Shown here: one piece after another, positions 1 to 9,095 of the stretch
How the letters are laid out: every line of letters starts with the position of its first letter
Position numbering within the stretch: the stretch's first letter is position 1
From: an uncultured Candidatus Rokubacteria bacterium
Lineage (GTDB): Bacteria; Methylomirabilota; Methylomirabilia; Rokubacteriales; DASRDR01
DNA: 64,000 bases
Assembly (NCBI GenBank): GCA_963708025.1
Contig: CAVPSB010000019.1
Span: forward strand, 32,001-96,000
Reading direction: 5' to 3'
Position numbers and translations under genes: made by a program
Notes under the pieces: generated by a model
What the model was told of the DNA's origin: nothing
Seen by the model: only the letters and a program-made list of their open reading frames with translations
Database searches by the model: none

Positions 1-555
1 GACGTTGATCCCCACCAGGGCGGCCGCCTCCGGCGAGTCCGACAGGGCGCGGATCGCGGTCCCGAAGCGGGTCCGGTAGAGCACGGCGAACAGGGCGAGC
101 AGGATCACGATCGCGCCGCTCCACGTCACCAGGGCGTCCGCGCGGATCAGGATCGGACCGGCGGCGATCGCCGCCAGCCCCGTCGGAGACGGATAGGGCA
201 TGGTGCGGCTGACGGCGGTCAGGGCGACCAGCTCCTGGAGCTGCATGGCGACGGCGAACGAGGCGATCATCGAGACCACCGGCGCCTGACCGGCAAGGAT
301 CCGGAAGGCGAGGCGCTCGACGTAGACGCCGGCCAGCAGGGCGCCGCCCACGGTCACCGCCAGGACGGCCGGGACGGCGCCGGGCCAGGCCAGGGAGGCG
401 TGGCTGCCGGCGTAGATCCCGACCAGGATGGTCGGGCCGTAGGCGAGGTTCAGCCGGCGGAGGACGCCGAAGATCAGGGTGAAGCCGAGGCCGAGGAGGG
501 CGTAGGTGGCGCCCAGCATCACCCCGTCCACGAGGGCCTGGACGAACTCCACCAC
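1..555 (-). CDS. livH: Branched-chain amino acid ABC permease (second LivH-type), runs off window start
   Basis: Hand translation from GTG at 555: VVEFVQALVDGVMLGATYALLGLGFTLIFGVLRRLNLAYG, typical LivH N-terminus; follows livF. Confidence 0.85.
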   Translation of the reverse strand, partial: MVEFVQALVDGVMLGATYALLGLGFTLIFGVLRRLNLAYGPTILVGIYAGSHASLAWPGAVPAVLAVTVGGALLAGVYVERLAFRILAGQAPVVSMIASFAVAMQLQELVALTAVSRTMPYPSPTGLAAIAAGPILIRADALVTWSGAIVILLALFAVLYRTRFGTAIRALSDSPEAAALVGINV

Positions 556-562
556 GGCGAGT

Positions 563-1282
563 CTACCCTCGCCTGATCCCGAGGTAGGCCCGGCTGATCG
601 CCTCGTTCGCCGCGACGTCGGACGGGGTGCCCTCGAAGGTGATCCGTCCCTGCTCGAGCAGGTACGCGCGGTGCGCCACCGAGAGGGCCAGCCGGGCGTT
701 CTGCTCCACCAGCAGCACGGTCAGCCCGTCGCGGTTGAGAGCCGCGACGATCTCGAAGATCTGCTCGACGAGCATCGGCGCCAGCCCCAGCGACGGCTCG
801 TCCATCATGAGGAGGCGCGGGCGGGCCATCAGGGCACGGCCGATCGCCAGCATCTGCTGCTCCCCGCCCGACAGCGTGCCCGCCGCCTGTCCCGCCCGCG
901 CGCGCAGGATCGGGAACCGCCCCAGCGTCGCCTCCAGGTCGGACTCCACCGCCCGGCGCTCGCGGCGCAGGCGGGGATAGGCCCCGGCCAGCAGGTTCTC
1001 CCGCACGGTCATCCGCGGGAAGACGAGCCGGTTCTCGGGGACGAGCGAGACGCCGCTGGCGACGACCCGATCGGCCGCCATCCCGGAGAGCTCGCGGGCT
1101 TCGAGCCGGATGGAGCCGGTGCGCGGCCGGAGGATCCCCGCGATGGTGTAGAGCAGCGTGGTCTTCCCGGCCCCGTTCGGCCCGAGGAGGCAGGTGACCT
1201 GGCCCTCCCGCGCGACCAGGCTCACCCCGCGGAGCGCCTGGATCATCCCGTACGAGGTGACGACGTCCCGGACCTCGAGCAT
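563..1282 (-). CDS. livF: Branched-chain amino acid ABC ATP-binding protein
   Basis: GPNGAGKT, LSGGEQQMLAIGRAL, DEPSLGLAP. Confidence 0.95.
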   Translation of the reverse strand: MLEVRDVVTSYGMIQALRGVSLVAREGQVTCLLGPNGAGKTTLLYTIAGILRPRTGSIRLEARELSGMAADRVVASGVSLVPENRLVFPRMTVRENLLAGAYPRLRRERRAVESDLEATLGRFPILRARAGQAAGTLSGGEQQMLAIGRALMARPRLLMMDEPSLGLAPMLVEQIFEIVAALNRDGLTVLLVEQNARLALSVAHRAYLLEQGRITFEGTPSDVAANEAISRAYLGIRRG

Positions 1283-1286
1283 CGGG

Positions 1287-2006
1287 TCAGCCCCGCCGCT
1301 GGCCCAGGTAGGCTTCGCGGACGCGCTCGTCGTCCTGGACCGCGGCCGGCGGCCCCTCGGCGATCTTCTCGCCGAAGTTGAGCACCACGACCCGCTCCGC
1401 GATGGCCATGACCAGCTCCATGTGGTGCTCGATCAGGACGACGCTCTTGCCCTTCCGCTGGAGGGCCAGGATCCGCTCCCGGAGCTCCTCGATCTCGGCG
1501 GCGTTCATGCCGGCCGCCGGCTCGTCGAGCAGGAAGAGGTCGGGCTCGGCGGCGATGGCCCGGGCCAGCTCCAGCCGGCGCTGCTCGCCGAAGGCCAGGT
1601 TCCGGGCCAGCTCGTCCTTGCGGTCGCGGAGCCGGCAGAAGTCGAGCGTCGCCTCGATCCGCGCGGGGCGGGCGCGGGCCGGCCCGGCGCTCCGGACCAC
1701 CCAGAGGTTCTGCCAGACCGTGAGCCCGCCGAAGAGGCGGATGTTCTGGAAGGTCCGCCCGATGCCGGCGGCGACGACGCGATGGGGAGGCCAGCCGGTG
1801 ATGTCCCGATCGCGGAAGCGGACCCGCCCGGCGGTCGGCGGGAAGACCCCGGTGACCAGGTTGACGATGGTGCTCTTGCCCGAGCCGTTGGGGCCGATCA
1901 GGCCCAGGATCTCGTGCTCCCCGACGCCGAGGTCGACCGCGTGGACCGCCCGCACGCCGCCGAAGTGCTTGGTGAGGCCTTCAATCGCGAGCATGGGCGC
2001 GAGCAT
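1287..2006 (-). CDS. livG: Branched-chain amino acid ABC ATP-binding protein
   Basis: GPNGSGKS, RTFQNIRLF, LDEPAAGMN, EAYLG. Confidence 0.95.
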   Translation of the reverse strand: MLAPMLAIEGLTKHFGGVRAVHAVDLGVGEHEILGLIGPNGSGKSTIVNLVTGVFPPTAGRVRFRDRDITGWPPHRVVAAGIGRTFQNIRLFGGLTVWQNLWVVRSAGPARARPARIEATLDFCRLRDRKDELARNLAFGEQRRLELARAIAAEPDLFLLDEPAAGMNAAEIEELRERILALQRKGKSVVLIEHHMELVMAIAERVVVLNFGEKIAEGPPAAVQDDERVREAYLGQRRG

Positions 2007-2907
2007 CGGCGCTGGTCGGGCCGGGGCGGAGGCGGAATCCCAGGCGACGCACGAGGCCGACGTCGATGATGCCGTGGGGCCGCAGGTTCATCATGACGAC
2101 GATGAGGAGTCCGAACAGGAGGTTCCGCCAGTCCCCCAGGAGGCGCAGGCCGTCCACGAGCAGCGAGAAGAAGGCGACCCCGGCGATCGGCCCCAGCACG
2201 CTGCCGGTCCCGCCGATCAGCGCGTAGGCGATCGCGAAGGTCGCCAGCAGGACGCCGAAGTCTTCCTGGGAGACGTAGCTGGCGTAGTGCGCGTACAGCC
2301 CGCCGGCCAGGCCGGCCACGAAGCCGCCGGCGGTCATCGCCGACACCTTGGCGGTCGTGAGGTTGATGCCGACGCTGGACGCGGCCAGCTCGTCCTCGCC
2401 GACCGCGCGGAGCACGGCGCCGGCGCGGGAGCGGTCCATCAGCCAGAAGCCCAGCAGCGTGAGGAGCACGAACGCCCAGGTGAACGCGACGATCTCGAGC
2501 GAGGACCACCCGTTCTGGTAGTAGTAGGTGATGCCCCGGAAGCCCTCGGCGCCGGCCGGGCCGACCGTCCGGTCGCCCACGCGGATCGTGTACTTCAGGT
2601 TCAGGAAGACCATGCGGACGATCTCGGTGAAGGCGAGGGTGGCGATCACCAGGAACAGGCCCCGCACCCGGAGCGCCGGGAACCCGACCAGGAAGCCGAA
2701 GCCGCCGCCCACCAGCGCCCCGAGCAGGACGGCGAGCCCGATGGGCCAGCCCCACATGGAGGTGGCGGCGCCGGCCGTGTAGGCGCCGAGCGCGTAGAAG
2801 CCGGCCTGGGCCATCGAGATCTGACCGGTGAGGATCACCACGTACGCGCTGAGCCCGAGGAGGATCCGGAACCCGAACAGGGTGAGCAGGCTGAGGTAGA
2901 ACTCCAT
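1981..2907 (-). CDS. livM: Branched-chain amino acid ABC permease
   Basis: GQISMAQAGFYALGAY, LRVRGLFLVIATLAFTEI; hydrophobic. Confidence 0.92.
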   Translation of the reverse strand: MEFYLSLLTLFGFRILLGLSAYVVILTGQISMAQAGFYALGAYTAGAATSMWGWPIGLAVLLGALVGGGFGFLVGFPALRVRGLFLVIATLAFTEIVRMVFLNLKYTIRVGDRTVGPAGAEGFRGITYYYQNGWSSLEIVAFTWAFVLLTLLGFWLMDRSRAGAVLRAVGEDELAASSVGINLTTAKVSAMTAGGFVAGLAGGLYAHYASYVSQEDFGVLLATFAIAYALIGGTGSVLGPIAGVAFFSLLVDGLRLLGDWRNLLFGLLIVVMMNLRPHGIIDVGLVRRLGFRLRPGPTSADARAHARD

Positions 2908-2912
2908 TTTTC

Positions 2913-3064
2913 GGGACCTCCCGCCTACCCGATCCTTCGCACGGCCTTCGGCCTTCGGCGACGGCCTTCGGCCGTTGGCCCCCCTCCCCTATTGTTCGAC
3001 GGCCTTCGGCCTTTGGCTGGGGGGAGGGGGGAGCCGGAGGACGTCATCCCTTCACGTGTTCTCA
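2913..3064 (-). repeat. Repeat family B (G-rich), copy with GGCCTTCGGCC inserts
   Basis: Minus strand TCCTCCGGCTCCCCCTCCCCCC...GGGGAGGGGGG...GGGTAGGCGGGAGGTCCC matches 13577, 38536 and 56228. Confidence 0.75.
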
Positions 3065-3077
3065 TTCGTATGCGCGT

Positions 3078-3962
3078 TCAGTGACGGGCGCCCTGGCCGA
3101 AGAGGCCTCCGGGCCGGAACACCAGGAACGCGAAGAGCAGGAGGTAGGTGATCATGTCACGGTAGCCGATGCCGAAGAAGTAAAGTGCCAGGTACTCGAC
3201 GATCCCCAGGGTCAGGCCGGCGACGATGGCCCCCGGGATCGACCCGAGCCCTCCCAGCACCGCGGTCACGAGCCCCTTGACGGTGAGGGGAAGGGACAGG
3301 AGCGGGGAGAGGGTGCCCACCGCCGAGCCGATGAGGGCGCCCGCCACGCCGCCGATCATCCCGGTGATGACGAACACTCCCGCGCTGACGCGGCGGAGGC
3401 CGATGCCGCACAGCTGGGCCGCCACCGGCTGCTGTGCCACCGCGCGGGTCGCGAGGCCGAGCCGCGTCCGGTACACGAGCGCCCACAGGCCGCCCATCAC
3501 CGCCAGGCTGACCAGGAACATGAAGCCGAGGTCGCCCCGGAGGAGCCAGGGGCCGACGTCCATCATCAGCTCGCCCATCGGGGCCGGAAAGGCCATGGGC
3601 CGGCCGTGGGTGAGGTGGGAGATCACCTCGTCGATGAAGAAGAGCATCCCCACGGTGGCCATCAGCGGGGCCAGGGGATAGTCGCGGGGCATCCACCGGA
3701 AGCAGGTCAGCTCGATCACGAGCCCGATGAGCCCGGCCGACACGACGGCGGTCAGGAAGACCAGGACGAAGGGCCCGCGGGTCAGGTGGAAGACCAGCAG
3801 TCCGACGTAGGCGCCGCCCAGGGCGGTGACGCCGAAGCCCAGGTTCAGCTTGTCCATCACGCCGAAGATCATCGTGAAGCCGATGCCGATCAGGGCGTAG
3901 GACGAGCCGAAGAGGAAGCCGTTCAGGACCTGCTGGACGACGTCGAGGAGGAGGTCGGACAT
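3078..3962 (-). CDS. livH: Branched-chain amino acid ABC permease
   Basis: QQVLNGFLFGSSYALIGIGFTMIFGV, VLGGLGSIPGA, RPGGLFG. Confidence 0.93.
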   Translation of the reverse strand: MSDLLLDVVQQVLNGFLFGSSYALIGIGFTMIFGVMDKLNLGFGVTALGGAYVGLLVFHLTRGPFVLVFLTAVVSAGLIGLVIELTCFRWMPRDYPLAPLMATVGMLFFIDEVISHLTHGRPMAFPAPMGELMMDVGPWLLRGDLGFMFLVSLAVMGGLWALVYRTRLGLATRAVAQQPVAAQLCGIGLRRVSAGVFVITGMIGGVAGALIGSAVGTLSPLLSLPLTVKGLVTAVLGGLGSIPGAIVAGLTLGIVEYLALYFFGIGYRDMITYLLLFAFLVFRPGGLFGQGARH

Positions 3963-3972
3963 GCGTGACGCG

Positions 3973-4013
3973 CCCGGGGCGCACTCGCCGGGCAGCGGCG
4001 AGTGCGCCCCGGG
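3973..4013. terminator. Perfect 18-bp stem-loop between livK and livH (mRNA stabiliser or attenuator)
   Basis: CCCGGGGCGCACTCGCCG-ggcag-CGGCGAGTGCGCCCCGGG; no U-tract. Confidence 0.6.
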
Positions 4014-4022
4014 AACGCTCGG

Positions 4023-5228
4023 CTACCGCGGGTCGAAGAGCACGGCCCAGTCCGAGTTCTTGGCCACCGCGAAGACGTACGGCTTCAGCGACTCCCGATC
4101 CTCGAGCCGCGTCACCTTGCCGAGGAGCCCGTCGAACTCCTTCACCTTGGCGAGCCCGTCGCGGATCCGCCGGCGGTCCTGGGCGACCGTGGTCGGCTTG
4201 GCCTCCACGCCCGAGGTCTCGATGACCTGCTTGAGCACGTACAGGTTCTCGTAGACCGCCGCCGAGTGGAGGTCCACGTTGCCCTTGTACTTGGTCGTCA
4301 CGATCTTGGCGACGCGCTGGGCGTCCGGCGTGACCGGGGCGAAGCCGGTGGGGATGATCAGGCCTTCGGCCTCCGGGCCGCAGCCGGCCATCGTCTCCAG
4401 GGTGGCGGAGGAGGTGAGCCCGACCAGGAGGCTGGGCTTGACGCCCTGCCGCTTCATCTCGCGCAGGGTGCCGCACAGCGTGAAGGGGTGCGACGAGATC
4501 GCGATGATGTCCGGCTTGGCCCGCCGCCACTTGCCGACCTGGGTCGAGAACTCGGTGTCGTTCAGGAGCCACTTCTCCCAGCCCAGCACCTCGAACCCCG
4601 CCGCCTTGGCCGCGGCGTCCATGGTCTGGGAGTTGGAGTTGGAGTGGGCGAAGTCGCTCTCGACGCCGCCGGCGACGGTCTTCAGGTCGGGGTGCTTCTC
4701 CTTGAGCCACTTGAACAGGTGGTTGTACATCGTGGGCTCGTGGGGAACGTTGCGGAACGCCCACTCCGAGAGCTTGGCGAGGCCGGGCTTGATGGCGGTG
4801 TCGCTGAAGATGGGGAACTGCAGGCCGGAGTCGCCGGCGTCGCCCACCTTCCGCTGGAGGATGCCGAACAGGGGCTCGGCGACGTTCGAGCAGGTGGGGC
4901 CGATGACGACCAGCCAGTCCTCGCTCGCCAGCTTGCGGACGACGGAGATCCCTTCCTCCGCGTTGCATCGCTCGTCGGCGAACGTGGTCACGATCTTGGC
5001 GCGCGTCCCGTCGGCCAGCTTGATGCCGCCGGCCTGGTTGATCTCGTCCACGGTCATGTCGAGGACGGCCTTGGAGTTGATGCCGAACCCGCGGATGACG
5101 CCGGTCATGGCGCCCACGCCGGCGATCTTCACGACGCGCTCCTGGGCGTCCGCGGGGGCCGGCGCGGGGGGCGCGACGATCGCCGCCAGGGCGAGGGCGA
5201 GCAGGGCTGCACGAGCCAGACGCCTCAT
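4023..5228 (-). CDS. livK: ABC substrate-binding protein, LivJ/LivK family
   Basis: ATG 5228 MRRLARAALLALALAA signal peptide after GGAGG; VDEINQAGG, IGPTCS. Confidence 0.88.
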   Translation of the reverse strand: MRRLARAALLALALAAIVAPPAPAPADAQERVVKIAGVGAMTGVIRGFGINSKAVLDMTVDEINQAGGIKLADGTRAKIVTTFADERCNAEEGISVVRKLASEDWLVVIGPTCSNVAEPLFGILQRKVGDAGDSGLQFPIFSDTAIKPGLAKLSEWAFRNVPHEPTMYNHLFKWLKEKHPDLKTVAGGVESDFAHSNSNSQTMDAAAKAAGFEVLGWEKWLLNDTEFSTQVGKWRRAKPDIIAISSHPFTLCGTLREMKRQGVKPSLLVGLTSSATLETMAGCGPEAEGLIIPTGFAPVTPDAQRVAKIVTTKYKGNVDLHSAAVYENLYVLKQVIETSGVEAKPTTVAQDRRRIRDGLAKVKEFDGLLGKVTRLEDRESLKPYVFAVAKNSDWAVLFDPR

Positions 5229-5424
5229 GGGTGCACCTCCATCGGCGGGAAGGGTTGAAGGCCGCGTCGCTTCCGATGAAGCGCTCCGGGCGCCCCTACT
5301 ATTGTCGACGCGGCCCCGCCGGTCAAGGCCGCCGCCCGGCCCCTCGCCGGCCGCGTCCGGGATGCCGCCGGCACCTTGCGCGGCCCCCGCCCCGTGTGGT
5401 AGCGATGGCGGGCAGGCACCGCTC

Positions 5425-6255
5425 ATGAACGTGACCCTCCTCGGCACCGGCTGCCCGCCTCCGAACCCCCGACGGCGGGGGCCGGCGACGCTCGTCGCGC
5501 ACGGCGTCCAGCGCTGCCTGGTGGACGCCGGGTCGGGCGTGGCGGCCCAGCTCCAGCAGGCCGGGCTGCCGGTGGTCGATCTCCACCACGTCTTCCTGAC
5601 CCACCTCCACTCCGACCACGTGATCGACCTCGGCCACCTGGTCCTGAGCCGCTGGATCCTCGGCGAGAACGCGCCGCTGGCCGTCTTCGGCCCGGCCGGC
5701 GCCGGGGCTCACGTGGAGCGGCTGCTGGCGCTCTGGGAATGGGACATCGGGGTGCGCCGGGCCCACATGCACGAGCGTGAAGGGCCACGGGTCAGCGTGA
5801 CCGAGGTCGCGGAGGGTCTCGTGTACCAGGGCGGCGGCCTGACGGTGACCGCGTTCGAGGTGGAGCACGAGCCGGTGAAGCCGGCGTTCGGGTTTCGGTT
5901 CGAGGCCGACGGCCGGCGGGTCGTGGTCTCGGGCGACACCCGGCCCTGCGAGAATCTGATCCGCCACGCCCGGGACGCCGACCTCCTGGTCCACGAGTGC
6001 ACCGACGCGACCCAGACGCGCTGGACGCCCGGGTGCGGCTGGCCGTCGCGCGAGGCCAAGGTGGCGGATATCGCTGCCTACCATACCGGCCCCGACGAGG
6101 TCGGAACGGTCGCGGCGCGGTCGCACGCCCGGACCCTCGTCCTGACGCACCTCATGCCCGGCTCGGACCCCGCCGACCTGGCCGCCCGCGCCGGCGCGGT
6201 CTACGCCGGCCGCGTCGTGGTGGGCGAGGATCTCATGACCCTCGGCGTCGAGTGA
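5425..6255 (+). CDS. MBL-fold metallo-hydrolase (RNase Z/arylsulfatase-like)
   Basis: MNVTLLGTGCPPP, LVDAGSG, THLHSDH, SGDT, LVLTH. Confidence 0.9.
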   Translation: MNVTLLGTGCPPPNPRRRGPATLVAHGVQRCLVDAGSGVAAQLQQAGLPVVDLHHVFLTHLHSDHVIDLGHLVLSRWILGENAPLAVFGPAGAGAHVERLLALWEWDIGVRRAHMHEREGPRVSVTEVAEGLVYQGGGLTVTAFEVEHEPVKPAFGFRFEADGRRVVVSGDTRPCENLIRHARDADLLVHECTDATQTRWTPGCGWPSREAKVADIAAYHTGPDEVGTVAARSHARTLVLTHLMPGSDPADLAARAGAVYAGRVVVGEDLMTLGVE

Positions 6256-6278
6256 CACCCGGGGAAAAGGAGCGAGCG

Positions 6279-7274
6279 ATGTCGCTGATCGACGTCCACA
6301 ACCACATCCTCTCCAGGGCCTGGGTCGACCTCCTCGCCGCCTACGGGGGCCAGCGATACCAGACCAGCCGGGACCCCGAGGGTCGGACGATCGTCCTGCG
6401 CAAGGGTGCCCGGTTCCTGGGGCTGACCGACGCCATGTTCGACCCCGAGATGCGCCTGCGGGCCATGGACGCGGTCGGCGTCCAGACCCAGCTCCTCTCG
6501 TACACGTGCCCGAACTGTTACTGGGCGGAGGGCAAGCACGCCGAGGAGGTGGTCCGGACGATGAACGACCACCTGGCCGAGGTCTGCTCCCGCTGGCCCG
6601 ACCGCTTCCGGGGGCTGGGGAGCCTGCCCATGCAGGACGTGGATCTCGCGCTGAAGGAGCTGGAGCGCGCGGTCGATCAGCTCGGCATGATCGGCTTCAT
6701 CATCCTGGCCAACGTGAACGAGACGCCGCTGGACGACGAGCGCTTCGAGCCGGTGTGGGCCGCGCTCAACGCCCGCCGGCTGCCGGTGCTCCTCCATCCG
6801 ACCGTGCCGCCCGGCGCCGAGCTGATGGGCATGGACCGGTACGCGCTGGTGCCGTCGCTCGGCTTCATGTTCGACACCACCCTCGCCGTCACCCGGATGA
6901 TCCTGGCCGGCGTGTTCGAGCGCTACCCGGACTGGCCGCTGATCGTCGGCCACACCGGGGCGACCCTGCCCTATCTGGCCGGGCGGCTCGACATCTGCCA
7001 TCGCTTCATCCCGGAGGCCCGCGCGGGAGGCGTTACCCGGCCGCCGTCCGAGTACCTCAAGCGGCTCTACTACGACACCGTCACCTTCGACGAGCACGCC
7101 CTCCAGCTCGCATACACGCTGGCGGGGCCGCGCCAGCTCCTCTACGGCAGCGACTATCCCCACGTGATCGGCGACATGAAGGGGTGCGCCGACCGCGTCA
7201 CCGCGCTGCCGATCCCGGAGGGTGAGAAGGAGCTGATCCGCTGGGGGAATGCCCGGCGGATCTTCAAGCTGTAG
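6279..7274 (+). CDS. Amidohydrolase family 2 protein (ACMSD/LigW-like decarboxylase)
   Basis: IDVHNH, LLHP, GHTGATLP, YYDT, YGSDYPH; AAGGAG RBS. Confidence 0.9.
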   Translation: MSLIDVHNHILSRAWVDLLAAYGGQRYQTSRDPEGRTIVLRKGARFLGLTDAMFDPEMRLRAMDAVGVQTQLLSYTCPNCYWAEGKHAEEVVRTMNDHLAEVCSRWPDRFRGLGSLPMQDVDLALKELERAVDQLGMIGFIILANVNETPLDDERFEPVWAALNARRLPVLLHPTVPPGAELMGMDRYALVPSLGFMFDTTLAVTRMILAGVFERYPDWPLIVGHTGATLPYLAGRLDICHRFIPEARAGGVTRPPSEYLKRLYYDTVTFDEHALQLAYTLAGPRQLLYGSDYPHVIGDMKGCADRVTALPIPEGEKELIRWGNARRIFKL

Positions 7275-7291
7275 CCAGACCGGAGGGAGGA

Positions 7292-8326
7292 GTGGCGATG
7301 TCGGGGCGAATCGTCCGAGGCATCGTGGCCGGCTTCGTGGGCGCCGGCCTCGCGCTCGCCGTCCCGGCGGCGGCCCAGGGTCCCACGGTCAGCATCGGCA
7401 CCAACCCGCCCGGGACGGTCTTCTACGCGGTCGGGAGCGGCCTGGCCAAGGTGGTGAGCGAGGCGGGCAAGGTGCGGATGTCGGTCCAGCCCTACACCGG
7501 CTCCAGCACGTTCATCCCGCTCCTCAACACCGCCGAGATGGAGTTCGGCGTCACCAACGCGGTGGACATGGCCCTCGCCTATCGCGGCCCCGGCTTCAAG
7601 ATCGGTGGCCGCAACCCCTTCCCCCACGCGCCGAACCTCCGGCTCGCCATGCGGGGGTCGCCGCTGGTGATCGGCCTCCTGGTGCGCAAGGACTCGCCGA
7701 TCCGCAGCATCCACGAGGTCAAGGGCAAGCGGGTGACCGGCGAGTACCCGGCGCACCTGTCCGTCTGGTACAACGTGTTCGGGCTCCTGGCCAGCGCCGG
7801 GTTGAGCTGGGGCGACGTCAAGGTGGTGCCGGTGCCGGCCGTCAACGAGGGGCTCGAGGCGCTCGTCCAGGGTCGCGCCGACGTCAGCGCGTTCGCGCTT
7901 GGCGGCGCCAAGGTCAAGGAAGCCGACGCCGCCGTCGGCGTGCGCCACCTCTCGATCGATTGCTCCCCCGAGGGGGAGGGGCGCCTGCGCAAGGCCGTCC
8001 CCGGCTACTATCCGCGCTGGGCCAAGGCCGGCGCCGCGACCGCGGTCGTCGAGGACACGTGCCTGGTCGCCTACGACCTCTACCTGACCGTGGGCAAGGC
8101 GGTCCCCGACGGGGTGGTGGAGGCGACCGTGCGGGCGCTCTGGGACGGGGTGGAGAAGCTGCCGGCGCTCCACCCCCAGTTCAAGGAGTGGACGCGCGAG
8201 CGCGCGGTGGATCCCGAGGCGACCATCCCGTTCCACCCGGGCGCCGTCCGCGTCTACAGGGAGCACGGGGCCTGGACGCCGCCGATGGAGCAGGCGCAAG
8301 CGAGGCTCCTGTCGCTCACCCCGTGA
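7292..8326 (+). CDS. TAXI-family TRAP solute-binding subunit
   Basis: Signal peptide; IGTNPPGTVFYAVGSGLA; IPFHPGAVRVYRE. Confidence 0.9.
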   Translation: MAMSGRIVRGIVAGFVGAGLALAVPAAAQGPTVSIGTNPPGTVFYAVGSGLAKVVSEAGKVRMSVQPYTGSSTFIPLLNTAEMEFGVTNAVDMALAYRGPGFKIGGRNPFPHAPNLRLAMRGSPLVIGLLVRKDSPIRSIHEVKGKRVTGEYPAHLSVWYNVFGLLASAGLSWGDVKVVPVPAVNEGLEALVQGRADVSAFALGGAKVKEADAAVGVRHLSIDCSPEGEGRLRKAVPGYYPRWAKAGAATAVVEDTCLVAYDLYLTVGKAVPDGVVEATVRALWDGVEKLPALHPQFKEWTRERAVDPEATIPFHPGAVRVYREHGAWTPPMEQAQARLLSLTP

Positions 8327-8352
8327 GCGCGACCGCGCGCGAGGGGAGCGAC

Positions 8353-9043
8353 GTGACGCGGACCGTGATCGCGGCGCTGCTGCTGGTCGGTCTGGCGGCG
8401 TTGGTAGGGTCGGGGAAGATGGCCGAGGGCCAGGCGACGGCCGGGGCCCAGGCGACGGACGAGGGCCAGGCGACGGCCGTGGCGCTGGTGGTCGAGACGG
8501 GCGGTGACAGCACCCCGGGGGTCAAGCGGTACACGGAGATCGCGGCTGGCACGACGATCGAGCTCGCACCCGGGGCCAAGCTCGTTCTCCTTCACTACCG
8601 CACATGCCGGACGCTGGGCGTCACCGGCGGAAGGATGACCGTCGCCGAGGAAGGGCTCGTGGCGAGCGGTCTGAGCCAGACCCTCGACAGGCGCCGCCAG
8701 TGCCCGCGGACCGTCCGGCTCCGAACCGGTGGCGAGTCGGCTGGTTCGCGCTCGCCCGACGGGTTCACCCTTCTCGACCCGGCCGGCCTTCGTGGTCGTC
8801 GGCGCACGCGCCGGAGATTTCGGCGCCGTCCGCGTTCTTCGCGCGGGCCAGGCCGTGCTGGAGGCGCCGCTCGAAGGCCAGCGTTTCCAGTGGCCGGCGG
8901 ACGCGGCCCCCCTTGCTGCTGGCATCGAGTACGAGCTGCGCCTGGTCCCCAGGGGTGCGGCGGGCGACCCGGCGATCCTTCGCTTCGTCGCGACGGCTCC
9001 CGGCGACCCCGCCGAGGCGCTCGTCCTCCTCGGCGTCGAATAG
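8353..9043 (+). CDS. Secreted hypothetical protein, frameshifted near 8745
   Basis: GTG 8353 VTRTVIAALLLVGLAALV continues into ORF 8729-9043; 3x18-bp repeat at 8425-8478. Confidence 0.6.
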
Positions 9044-9095
9044 CCGGCGCCTCGATGAGCGCGCGCGCGGGCGGGGCCGCCGGTCATCCGGCCCG

